DNA of 39,649 nucleotides, from the IMG/VR virus record IMGVR_UViG_3300037423_000576, positions 1 through 39,649 of that record. The stretch is one strand, 5' to 3'. A model generated the notes under the pieces. The model was not told the DNA's origin and made no database searches. It saw only the letters and a program-made list of their open reading frames with translations. The translations under genes and the position numbers were made by a program. This DNA is from a virus (taxonomy: Duplodnaviria; Caudoviricetes). Positions 26,292 through 35,209 of the stretch are shown here, in pieces. Numbering within the stretch: position 1 is the first letter of the stretch; every line of letters begins with the position of its first letter.

Positions 26292-26951
26292 ATGTCTATT
26301 TCACTCGCGCTCTCCCCAACGGGCGCAATCCCCGACCGCGATACGCTTATCACGGCGGTACAGGACTGGCTCGACCGGGACGATCTCAACGACAAAATCC
26401 CGATGTTCATCCAGATGGCGGAAGCGCTGTTCAATCGCGAGCTCCGCACCCCGCAGATGGAGGCCACGTCCATCGGCTCGGCGTCGGGTGAGGACATCCC
26501 GCTGCCCGAAGATTATCTCGCGATGCGGGCGATCTATGAAGAAGGCTCGCCTGACCGTCCGTTGAGGGGCATCGCTCCCACGGCCATTCGTCAGGGCTTT
26601 GACGGCACTACCGGAACGCCTGTCGCCTACACCCTGGTCTCGGGCGGCATTCGGCTCGTTCCTCCACCTTCGTCGGCAATCACGCTGACGATGGACTATT
26701 TCGCGCGGATCTACCCGCTCACCGTGTCCTCACCGACTAACTGGCTCTTGGAACAGCATCCCGACGCCTATCTCTACGCCACGCTCTATAATGCGGAAAT
26801 CTACCTCGACAACATTCCCCGCGCAGCACAGTGGAAGGGGCAGCTGGACGAGATTGTGGGGCGGCTCAACCGCACGTCACGCAACGACCGATACGGAGCG
26901 GGTCCGCTGGTTCCCAACACCATCGGCCAAGTGCGCGGCGTTAGGAACTAG
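26292..26951 (+). CDS. head-tail adaptor protein
   Basis: WLDRDDL...FIQMAE...LPEDYL...TNWLLEQHPDAYLY. Confidence 0.8.
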   Translation: MSISLALSPTGAIPDRDTLITAVQDWLDRDDLNDKIPMFIQMAEALFNRELRTPQMEATSIGSASGEDIPLPEDYLAMRAIYEEGSPDRPLRGIAPTAIRQGFDGTTGTPVAYTLVSGGIRLVPPPSSAITLTMDYFARIYPLTVSSPTNWLLEQHPDAYLYATLYNAEIYLDNIPRAAQWKGQLDEIVGRLNRTSRNDRYGAGPLVPNTIGQVRGVRN

Positions 26952-27225
26952 GCGGCTCCGGTAGGGGCATCCAGTGGGTAGCGCGTCGGCCTTCGATCTC
27001 TATTTCCTCGTAGTTTAGGCCGTAGCAATTGGCCACCCAAGTCTCGGTTTCGCCAATCTGGGGCTCACCGTGAAGATAGTAATGGCGCGAGGTGCCCCAT
27101 TCGGCATTCGCTACTCGGCCAATGTCGATGACCGAAATTGCGCCAGCTTCTCCAATGGAGAACTCGCGTACCCAAAGGTCAATGTTAGTGCCGTCTTTCG
27201 GCGCGGTTTCGATCGGTTGCCACAT
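26941..27225 (-). CDS. DUF551-like protein, leaderless antisense
   Basis: WQPIETAPKDG...THWMPLPEPP; TTGCAT-17-TAGTGC ends 6 nt before ATG. Confidence 0.8.
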   Translation of the reverse strand: MWQPIETAPKDGTNIDLWVREFSIGEAGAISVIDIGRVANAEWGTSRHYYLHGEPQIGETETWVANCYGLNYEEIEIEGRRATHWMPLPEPPSS

Positions 27226-27254
27226 AGCCCGGCACTACCACAAACGGAGGGAAA

Positions 27255-28664
27255 ATGCAAAAAGCAGTTCCCTTCGGCGAATGGCTACCGGACATCGCTC
27301 CCTCGAACAGCAACCATGTCATCGTGGCGTGGAACGTCTATCCGATGGCCAACGGCTACGCTCCCGTGGGTGGATTGGAGACGATCACCCCGACCATCGG
27401 TGAGGCATTCCTTGGTGGGGGTAGCTTCGCCTCCTCGACCGGTGTCTATACATTACTGGCGGGGACCGCATCAAAACTGCGCAAATATGCTAGTGCAACC
27501 TGGTCCAATATCCTCACCGGGCTCACGATCAGCAAGCGGTGGTACTTTGCCCAGTTCGGTGACAACATTGTGTATGCCAACGGCGGGCAGCTGGGCCGCT
27601 ACCAGCTGATCCCCGGAACCGCCGCAGTTATTGCCGGGGCTCCGACCAACGCGATTGACGTTGCCACGGTCGGCGATTTCGTCATGGCAGTATTGGACGA
27701 CGGCAATATCCAATGGTCCTCGTTCAATGACTGCACCGCATGGACGCCCGGAACCAACCAGGCCGACAAGCAACCTCTACTGGACGGAGGGCCGGGAGTT
27801 CGGATCGTCGGCGGGCAGTATGGCATCGTCTTTCAGAGAAACTGCGTCAGGCGTATCCAATATACCGGCCAGCCCGACATCTGGTTCCAGATCGACAAGA
27901 TTTCGCCCGAGATCGGCTGCATGGCCGGAGGCTCGGTGGCCTATACGGGAAGGCTGATCTTCTTCCTTTCGGAGCGCGGGTTCGAGATGTGCGACGGGGA
28001 GAACGTCGCTCCCATCGCAGACGAGAAGTTCAACCGCTGGTTCTTCGCCAATTTCTCCCGGTCTGACATCGCCAACATGTGGTCGGCGATCGATCCAAGA
28101 AACGCCTTCGTCATGTGGGCGGTTCCAGGAAATCCGGGGCTGATCATCGTCTATAGCTGGACCCTCAAGCGGGGAACGGCCTTATTGGTCAATCATAGTG
28201 CCGTGTTCACCGGACTGACCGACGTGGTTTCGATTGACCAGCTGGATTCGATCTACGGCGATCTGGACTCTGTTCCGATCAGCGTTGACGATCCAAGCTT
28301 GGCCGGCGGCAACCCGGTGCTGATGGTGGTGGACAACGATTATTTGATCGGGGCCCTTTCTGGAACCAATCTCGAAGCGACGATCCGCCAGAACAATATC
28401 GAGCTCACGCCCGGACGCAGATCTAGGGTGCGGTCGGTACGTCCGATCACCGATGCTCTGAATGCCTCAGTCGGGATCAATGCCAAGATGAAGGCGGGCG
28501 ACGGGGAGAGCATCCGCACCACCTCCGAAATGCGCAGCAACGGCAAAATGCCGATCCGCGCCAACGGAAGGTATCTCGACAACATCCTGACGATCCCCGC
28601 CGGGGAAACATGGTCCTACGTTCAGGGCTGCGAATATGAGTTCGAGCCGGGGGATGGTCGTTAG
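27255..28664 (+). CDS. tail nozzle / DNA stabilization protein
   Basis: PFGEWLPD, beta-propeller-like, after adaptor. Confidence 0.75.
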   Translation: MQKAVPFGEWLPDIAPSNSNHVIVAWNVYPMANGYAPVGGLETITPTIGEAFLGGGSFASSTGVYTLLAGTASKLRKYASATWSNILTGLTISKRWYFAQFGDNIVYANGGQLGRYQLIPGTAAVIAGAPTNAIDVATVGDFVMAVLDDGNIQWSSFNDCTAWTPGTNQADKQPLLDGGPGVRIVGGQYGIVFQRNCVRRIQYTGQPDIWFQIDKISPEIGCMAGGSVAYTGRLIFFLSERGFEMCDGENVAPIADEKFNRWFFANFSRSDIANMWSAIDPRNAFVMWAVPGNPGLIIVYSWTLKRGTALLVNHSAVFTGLTDVVSIDQLDSIYGDLDSVPISVDDPSLAGGNPVLMVVDNDYLIGALSGTNLEATIRQNNIELTPGRRSRVRSVRPITDALNASVGINAKMKAGDGESIRTTSEMRSNGKMPIRANGRYLDNILTIPAGETWSYVQGCEYEFEPGDGR

Positions 28665-28668
28665 ATTT

Positions 28669-28768
28669 GCGGGCGCGGCTTTCAGCTTTGACGGCCATGC
28701 CGAGGCATACTCACCTTGTCTCGCTGTCGAGCAGTGCGCGCCTACCACTCAACACGTCTAGCGCCCGC
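28669..28768 (-). ncRNA. candidate ~100-nt structured RNA
   Basis: Promoter TTGTTG-17-TAGCGA. Closing stem GCGGGCGC/GCGCCCGC. Internal 11-bp stem with G-U pairs that pair only on the minus strand. Confidence 0.55.
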
Positions 28769-28811
28769 ACAGTTCGCTAGCACAAATTCGAGATAACAAC
28801 AAGGGGGCGCC

Positions 28812-29231
28812 ATGAGCTGGGTTCCCACCCCCAACGTCCCCATCATCCGCACTGCCGACTGGGATCGTCTCGCCGCCTACGCGATCAACGGAGCGACCAA
28901 CAAGACCGACCCGCTCAGCCTCTCGGGGACGGTAATCACGACGCAGACCGATTGGAACCTCGCCACCGGCTTCGTTTACAAGATCAACTCGGTTCAGGTG
29001 CTCGGCCCCCGCTCGACGGGCTGGACGGCTGACACGGGGACTGCCGAAAAGACCGCCCACGCGACTTATACCAAGGGCTCCAATCTGACGTTCACGGACC
29101 CTCCAACGGCGGGCGAGATGAGCTCTCTCGCCACTCGAATCTCGAACATCGAAACCGCGCTTCAGAACTTCAGCCGAGGGCAGAAGGCGATCAAGGACGC
29201 CCTCACCACACACGGGATCATAGGCACATGA
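28812..29231 (+). CDS. putative tail protein
   Basis: position; short coiled coil; HGII terminus. Confidence 0.6.
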   Translation: MSWVPTPNVPIIRTADWDRLAAYAINGATNKTDPLSLSGTVITTQTDWNLATGFVYKINSVQVLGPRSTGWTADTGTAEKTAHATYTKGSNLTFTDPPTAGEMSSLATRISNIETALQNFSRGQKAIKDALTTHGIIGT

Positions 29232-29617
29232 ACTTCAACTTCAATTCCGCCTTCAAGCCGATGGGCTTTCCGGGAATGCCGCAGATGCATTTCCCGTCTT
29301 ATAGCGCGGCGACTCCGCCGCAGCCAATGATCCCCTCGCCCGTCCCCGCGCCGCAGCCCGTTACTCAGGTGCCGCAGGGATCACCGGGATACGGAACAGA
29401 CCGATCCGGCTGGCACAATGCACTGGACGCGTGGCGGCAACAGCGCCCGTCCGCCCAGCAGTTTTTCTCCAGTCTTCAGCCCGGCGCCATGGCCGGAGGC
29501 ATGAACTCGACCTTCAACGACTGGCAGAACCAGATGCACAGTTGGCTCGATCAGCGCCCGGAGCGAAGCGACTATTTCACGCAGCAGAACCCCGGCCTGA
29601 TGCCCCGATTTCGGTAA
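29228..29617 (+). CDS. Pro/Gln-rich hypothetical virion protein
   Basis: coupled ORF. Confidence 0.55.
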   Translation: MNFNFNSAFKPMGFPGMPQMHFPSYSAATPPQPMIPSPVPAPQPVTQVPQGSPGYGTDRSGWHNALDAWRQQRPSAQQFFSSLQPGAMAGGMNSTFNDWQNQMHSWLDQRPERSDYFTQQNPGLMPRFR

Positions 29618-30009
29618 TGGTGATTGGCGCGGTTTCCGATCCTCGATTGTGGGATCGGTGGCCGGAAGCGGAGGCATTGCTGGAACCGGCGCGAGCGAGG
29701 GGCGACTTCCCTTCGGTGCTGGACGATGACGAAATCTTGTTCGTGGTCCTCGATGGGGACGAACTCCTGGCCTGCGCAACGGCGTGGCTGAGCACGGATA
29801 GATATGTCGAGGTGAAGCTGATCGGCGGACGGGATTACCGCCGCTGGCTCGGTGAATTGGACAAGGTGATTGGGGCCGCAGCGAGACAGGCGGGAGCCGT
29901 CCGCATGATCGGCATTGGGCGCGCTGGTTGGAGCAGAATCTTGCAGCGCAATGGGTGGGTGAAATTGCAGCCGGTTGAGGATCACTGGCTGTTTGAACGG
30001 GAGCTATAG
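29617..30009 (+). CDS. GNAT-like protein preceding ejection genes
   Basis: VKLIGG...AARQAGA...GRAGWSRIL; start 29617. Confidence 0.65.
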   Translation: MVIGAVSDPRLWDRWPEAEALLEPARARGDFPSVLDDDEILFVVLDGDELLACATAWLSTDRYVEVKLIGGRDYRRWLGELDKVIGAAARQAGAVRMIGIGRAGWSRILQRNGWVKLQPVEDHWLFEREL

Positions 30010-30011
30010 CG

Positions 30012-30914
30012 TTGGGGAAGAAAACAACCAAAACCAAGAGCGAGTCCCAACCCTGGGCGCCCGCACAGCCGATCCTTACCGGGGCCGGTCAGGGCATTCT
30101 CGACATGGTGAACAAGGCGCAGCCGGGTCAAGACGCGCTTCTCGCCCAATTGAACGGGATCATTCCTGGGCTCGCAGCCAAGGCCGGCGACACCAGCATG
30201 TTGAACGGCGGCACGAGCTATATCAACGGCACACTGGGCGGCAAATACCTCAACTCGAATCCCTATACGACGGCGCTTGCCAAGCAAGCCGGAAACGATG
30301 CCCTGAACTCGATTAACGGCAGCTTCTCGACTGCCGGGAGAACGGGCAGCTTTGACAACAAGGCGGCTGCGGCAAAAGGCGTGTCTCAAGCCGAGAACGC
30401 GATCCTATTCCAGAACTACCAGAACGAGCGCAACCTTCAGAACCAGGCCGCCAGTCTTCTCCCGGCGTACCAGTCGTCTCAATTTGCCGGTTATCAGCCC
30501 CTTCTTGGCGCGATGCAATTGGCGGGAACTCTGCCTTATGCGGGTGCGAATGCGCTGGGTAACATCGGCGGCTTGTATGGCGGATACGGTACGCAGACCG
30601 GCACCCAGCCAGGAGGCTGGGGCAACGCTCTCGGGGGCATTCTCGGCGCCGGCCTCAGCGGCTGGGCAAGTGGCGGCTTCGCGCCCATCGCCGGCATTTC
30701 TGATCGCCGCCTCAAGACGAACATCAAGAAGGTCGGCGAAGCTGCTGACGGCCTCGGGATCTATGACTGGAACTGGAAGGCTGATCCGAATGGGCCAACG
30801 GTTCGCGGCGTCATTGCCGACGAGGTCGAGCGCCTACGCCCGTGGGCACATATCCCCAACTTCAAGGGTGACTATGCCGGCGTCAACTACGCGGCGCTGG
30901 GGAGCCTTGCATAA
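30012..30914 (+). CDS. DNA ejection/pilot protein with C-terminal peptidase S74-like domain
   Basis: MGKKTTKTKSESQPW, Gly-rich segment, SDRRLKTNIKKVG...GVIADEV...VNY. Confidence 0.75.
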   Translation: MGKKTTKTKSESQPWAPAQPILTGAGQGILDMVNKAQPGQDALLAQLNGIIPGLAAKAGDTSMLNGGTSYINGTLGGKYLNSNPYTTALAKQAGNDALNSINGSFSTAGRTGSFDNKAAAAKGVSQAENAILFQNYQNERNLQNQAASLLPAYQSSQFAGYQPLLGAMQLAGTLPYAGANALGNIGGLYGGYGTQTGTQPGGWGNALGGILGAGLSGWASGGFAPIAGISDRRLKTNIKKVGEAADGLGIYDWNWKADPNGPTVRGVIADEVERLRPWAHIPNFKGDYAGVNYAALGSLA

Positions 30915-31519
30915 TGTTCGGCATAATGGACCCCAGCCTCGGCGATCCTCAGCCGATGAGCGAATTGCCCGTTCCGGGAATGCCTCAACTTCCCGGCATT
31001 GCTCCGCAGCGACCCGGCATGTTCGGCGCTGGAGGGGTCGGCCGCAATATCGCGGGGATGATCGGCGACCTCCTCATGGCCCGCGCGGGGATGCAGCCGA
31101 TGTTTGCGCCCATGTTGATGCAGAGGCAAAAACAGGCGCTGGAGGAGGCGCAATACCAGCGTCAGCGCTCGGACCAGAACGCCGATTGGCTCAGTCACCA
31201 GGAATATGAGGCGGCGCACAAAGAGCCGACGATGACCGAAAAGTTTGTCGCCGAAATCCTCGATCCGAACACCGACCCGCAGCGCCGCGAGCTGCTGAAA
31301 AGCGTAATTGTTCCGCCCTCGCCAGCGCCGATGACACTCCAGACCCCGATGGGAACCTACGTTGGCGGCAGATCGGAGATGCCGGGAGCCGCCGTTCCTC
31401 AGCCGGGCGCAGTGCAGGACGGTTATCGCTTCAAGGGCGGCAACCCTGCCGACCCCAACGCATGGGAAAAGATAGGAGGTCCGGGCCTCGGCGGTCCGGG
31501 CGGCTTTCCCCTTCCCTGA
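30914..31519 (+). CDS. internal virion (ejection) protein
   Basis: low complexity; [18 protein letters not shown]. Confidence 0.7.
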   Translation: MFGIMDPSLGDPQPMSELPVPGMPQLPGIAPQRPGMFGAGGVGRNIAGMIGDLLMARAGMQPMFAPMLMQRQKQALEEAQYQRQRSDQNADWLSHQEYEAAHKEPTMTEKFVAEILDPNTDPQRRELLKSVIVPPSPAPMTLQTPMGTYVGGRSEMPGAAVPQPGAVQDGYRFKGGNPADPNAWEKIGGPGLGGPGGFPLP

Positions 31520-31523
31520 CCCA

Positions 31524-31772
31524 ATGAGGGCCCCAGGGCGCATGACCTCAGGCCGCAGAACGGTTGAGGGCAACAAAGCGGTCGGCGGCGTACCGAACAG
31601 CCGCCATCTGACCGGTGACGCTGCGGATTATATCGGCACCAGCGAAGCGGCACTGCGCAGCTATTTCGGCCCCAAAGCCCGCCTGCTGAATGAGGGCGAC
31701 CACATTCATGTTACGCTCCCCGGCTTCGGGCGAGTTCCATTCTTTGGCCGCAACGGCACAAGGGGACGTTAA
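31524..31772 (+). CDS. peptidase M15-like peptidoglycan hydrolase domain
   Basis: TSGRRT...[16 protein letters not shown]...HIHV (SxHxxGxAxD...H). Confidence 0.8.
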   Translation: MRAPGRMTSGRRTVEGNKAVGGVPNSRHLTGDAADYIGTSEAALRSYFGPKARLLNEGDHIHVTLPGFGRVPFFGRNGTRGR

Positions 31773-34198
31773 TGCCCGGACCTTGGGAAAAGTACCAGCA
31801 GCAGCCGGGATTCATTCCGGACCCGACGTTTCCGGGTAAGCTGCAAGGTCAGAACCTCAACAACGAGGGTCAGGCACTCCAGAACGTTCGCACGCAGCAG
31901 CAGATTCAAACGCAGCCGCTTCAGAACGAGAGCACCCGAGTTGGCATCGAGCAAAACCGCCAGTCGATGCAGAACCAGCGGTTCAACCAGAACCAGGGAC
32001 TGCGCCAAGAGTGGAATAATCTGCCGCTCAACAAGAACTTCCAAGTGGTCATGCAGAAGGCCGGTGGCGCCCTAAGCGCCAACGACACCTCGCAGGGCGA
32101 TCTCGCCGTTCTCTACGCCTTTGCTACCGTCATGGACCCGGACTCGGTTGTTCGCGAGAGTGAGCAAGACATGGCGAAAAGCACCGCCTCCCGGTTCGAG
32201 CAGCTCAAAACGCAGTACAACATGGGGGCAAAGGGCGCGCGTCTCCCCGACGGCGTGCGGCCAGGCCTTCAGGAGCAGATCCGCGCCAACACCAAGGTCA
32301 TCTCCCAGTTCTACGGCCAGCAGCGCGGGTTCTATGCTGACCTCGCCAAGCGCAACGGGTTCGACCCGCACGAGATTGTTGGTCCGGACCCGCTAGATCA
32401 GTTCTCCAAGATCGAGACGGATTACATCAAGCAGCGTGGCGGCACGCCCAAGATCAACGGCGTTCCGACCAGCGAGAGGTTCCGTAACGAGACCGACCCC
32501 GTAGCCTCGGCACAGATGGACGCCGCGATTCGTTCCGGCCTATCCTATGAGCAGGCCTCAGAGATGGCGAAAGCCGCCGGCTACCCGCCGCCCGACCGAG
32601 GAACCTATAACGAAGCTGTGAAGTTCGCGAAGAACAATCGCGGCTACAAGAACAGCCTCGCGGAAGCCACGAGGACAGTTCCCACAACGGCATTCGAGCG
32701 CTTTGCCGCGTCTCCTGTGGGCGCAGCGATCAGTGGCGCAGCCAAAGCCGCGACGATGGGCACGGCGGACAACATCGCCGGGGCACTCGGAGCCGATCCG
32801 GAAGCCTTTCGGCAGGCCCAGGACGCCCTCGCGGCGCAGCATCCGACCGCCGATCTGATTGGGCAGGTGGGCGGCGGCGCCACTGCGGGCATCGGCATTT
32901 CATCGGCGCTCTCGCGTATTCCGGGAATGGCCGGCGGGATGTTCGGCTCCAAGATCGCGCCCAATCTCCTCAGTCGCGAAGGCATGGTCGGCGATACGCT
33001 GTACGGGGCCGGCTACGGAGCGGGTTCGGAGGACGATAATCGGCTTCAGGGAGCCCTAACCGGCGGCCTGACCGGCCTCGGCGGCGGAATTGCCGCGAGG
33101 GGCGCCGTTGGCGGTGCTGCATCGGCTATCTCGCCCACGGGCGGGGCGTTGCGCCCGCTCTATGACATGGGCGTCCGCCCATCGATCGGGCAGCGCCTGG
33201 GCGGCGTGGTCAACAATCTCGAAGAGAAGTTCCAGTCCATTCCGCTTGTCGGCGACGCGATCAAAGGCACGCGTGACCGCGCTCGCGATCAGTTCCAGAT
33301 CGGCCTCTTCAACGACTCGCTAAAGGACATTGGTCAGTCCCTTCCGGAGGGCATGGGAGTGGGTCACGAACCCCACGCCTTTGCCCAGGGCGCGTTCAAC
33401 AAAGCCTACGATGCCGCGAAGTCGAACATGACGGCCGTAGTCGATGGCCCATTCAGTCAGGACATCGGCAATTTGCAGCAAACCGTTGGGGCTCTGCGCC
33501 CGGAAAGCCAGCAGCAGTTCGCCAAGGTGTGGAGCGGATCGGTCGCCCGCAGGATCCAAGACGGGGCCCTTTCCGGGCGGGCATTCAAGGACGCAACCAG
33601 CGAGATCGAGAAGAAGGTCGCCGCGCTGCGCAACAGCAAAACCGGGGACGGGGAATTGGCCGACGCTCTACAGCAGGCATCCGACGCCCTGAAGTCCAGC
33701 GCCATGCGCAACAGCCCCCCGGAAGTCGTTGCGGCGATGAACGCGGCAGACAGCGGCTATGCCAAGCTGGTACGCATTGAGGAAGCCAGTCGGAAGGCCG
33801 GAGGCGAGCCGGCGGAGTTCAGCCCGTCACAGTATAATACCGCCGTCAAAAGCGCTTCAGGCGGAGTGCGCAACCGGGAGTATCTGAGGGGCGCCGCGCT
33901 CAACGCCGACATTGCGGCACTTGGAACGAGGCTAGGAGATAAGGTTTCCAACTCGGGGACGGTGGACCGACTTGCGGCTGGCGGAGCGGCCTATGGGCTC
34001 GGGGCTGTCAATCCTTATGCGGCGAGCTTCCTGGGTGCGCTGGGCACGCTCAACGCGCCCGGTGTCCGCAATGTTGTGACCGAACTAATGGCGCCTCGGG
34101 CCAGCCCCTTCTTCGACCGGACCGCTGAGCAGCTTCGGCAGCGAGCTCGTTTGGCCGGAATGTTCGGCGCGCCTCTCGCGCTCGGCTTGGAGCAGTAA
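31772..34198 (+). CDS. large internal virion/ejection protein
   Basis: GPWEKY N-terminus, DPDSVVRESE motif, Gly/Ala-rich. Confidence 0.75.
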   Translation: MPGPWEKYQQQPGFIPDPTFPGKLQGQNLNNEGQALQNVRTQQQIQTQPLQNESTRVGIEQNRQSMQNQRFNQNQGLRQEWNNLPLNKNFQVVMQKAGGALSANDTSQGDLAVLYAFATVMDPDSVVRESEQDMAKSTASRFEQLKTQYNMGAKGARLPDGVRPGLQEQIRANTKVISQFYGQQRGFYADLAKRNGFDPHEIVGPDPLDQFSKIETDYIKQRGGTPKINGVPTSERFRNETDPVASAQMDAAIRSGLSYEQASEMAKAAGYPPPDRGTYNEAVKFAKNNRGYKNSLAEATRTVPTTAFERFAASPVGAAISGAAKAATMGTADNIAGALGADPEAFRQAQDALAAQHPTADLIGQVGGGATAGIGISSALSRIPGMAGGMFGSKIAPNLLSREGMVGDTLYGAGYGAGSEDDNRLQGALTGGLTGLGGGIAARGAVGGAASAISPTGGALRPLYDMGVRPSIGQRLGGVVNNLEEKFQSIPLVGDAIKGTRDRARDQFQIGLFNDSLKDIGQSLPEGMGVGHEPHAFAQGAFNKAYDAAKSNMTAVVDGPFSQDIGNLQQTVGALRPESQQQFAKVWSGSVARRIQDGALSGRAFKDATSEIEKKVAALRNSKTGDGELADALQQASDALKSSAMRNSPPEVVAAMNAADSGYAKLVRIEEASRKAGGEPAEFSPSQYNTAVKSASGGVRNREYLRGAALNADIAALGTRLGDKVSNSGTVDRLAAGGAAYGLGAVNPYAASFLGALGTLNAPGVRNVVTELMAPRASPFFDRTAEQLRQRARLAGMFGAPLALGLEQ

Positions 34199-34285
34199 TT
34201 CTCTCTTCGTTCGACGGCGGTGATACCACTCAACGCCGATAGCCTTGCCGCATAGCGCGGCGAGCAAGCCCAGGGTGTCAATCAC
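34085..34285 (-). CDS. possible leaderless antisense protein
   Basis: GCTAGAAC -10 element ends 6 nt before GTG; overlaps the 3' end of the ejection gene. Confidence 0.4.
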   Translation of the reverse strand: MIDTLGLLAALCGKAIGVEWYHRRRTKRELLLQAERERRAEHSGQTSSLPKLLSGPVEEGAGPRRH

Positions 34286-34322
34286 CGGGCGGTTCTAGCT
34301 TAAATCGCAAGGAAAACAAAGC

Positions 34323-34661
34323 ATGGCCGCATTCGCGACCTACAGCACAACCGCGTCCGCAAACGTCACCTTCGGCGCCATCAACATCGCTGAAAACTGT
34401 CCAGCGGCGAACGTCAACGACGCCCTGCGCGCCATCGCGGCCGAGGGCCGGCAGCTCTATGATCTGGTCGCGGCGATCAACACCTCAAACCTCATGCCCA
34501 AATCAGGCGGGGCGTTCACCGGCAACATCACCAAAAGCGGCTCGGGAGGCTATCTCTACCACGTCACCTCCTCGATGTCCGGGGGCAAGATTTACACCCA
34601 GACCGTGGGCACGGCCCTTCCTTCCTCGCCGGAGGAGGGAACGATGGTGCTCTTCTACTAA
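34323..34661 (+). CDS. short tail fibre/adapter
   Basis: NIAENCPAANVNDALRAI anchor motif; PKSGGAFTG; PSSPEEGTMVLFY end. Confidence 0.7.
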   Translation: MAAFATYSTTASANVTFGAINIAENCPAANVNDALRAIAAEGRQLYDLVAAINTSNLMPKSGGAFTGNITKSGSGGYLYHVTSSMSGGKIYTQTVGTALPSSPEEGTMVLFY

Positions 34662-35209
34662 TGTACGTCCGCAAGGGCGGCGAGTGGCGCGCCATCCAAG
34701 CCTGGAAAGCCCGGAAGAACAACGCCTGGCGCGATGTCGTCCAGGTCAAGGTATTCAAGGACGGGGCATGGCGCGAGGTCGCCAATTTCACCCACGCCCC
34801 GCCGCCTCCACCGCCTCCGTCACCGAGCCCGCCACCCCCTCCACCGCCCAGTTCGGGTGGCGGTGGGGGAACCGGCGGAGGGTCGATCACCCTCACCATT
34901 ACGCCGAGCCCGTTTGCGAAAACGTCTCACACCAGCCTGACAATGACCAGCTCGACGATCACCGCCACCCCTTCGGGCGGACGGGCACCGTACACCTACA
35001 CCTGGACCAAGACCGCGCAATCGGGAACCTCGGCGACGGTCACGATCAATAGTCCGAGCCTCGCTTCAACCACCGTTACTGCGGCCCTTGCCGACGAGGG
35101 CACGACCAACGTGACCCTCAAATGCGTCGTCACGGACAGCCTCGGCACCACCGCGCAGGCCAGCGTCAGCGGCACCTTCACCTTCTCTGACATTTTCACC
35201 GGGGGCTAA
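34661..35209 (+). CDS. fibre-tip adhesin (Trp repeats, poly-Pro linker, Ig-like domain)
   Basis: KGGEW/KNNAW/KDGAW, P-rich linker, GGRAPYTYTW...CVVTDS. Confidence 0.65.
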   Translation: MYVRKGGEWRAIQAWKARKNNAWRDVVQVKVFKDGAWREVANFTHAPPPPPPPSPSPPPPPPPSSGGGGGTGGGSITLTITPSPFAKTSHTSLTMTSSTITATPSGGRAPYTYTWTKTAQSGTSATVTINSPSLASTTVTAALADEGTTNVTLKCVVTDSLGTTAQASVSGTFTFSDIFTGG

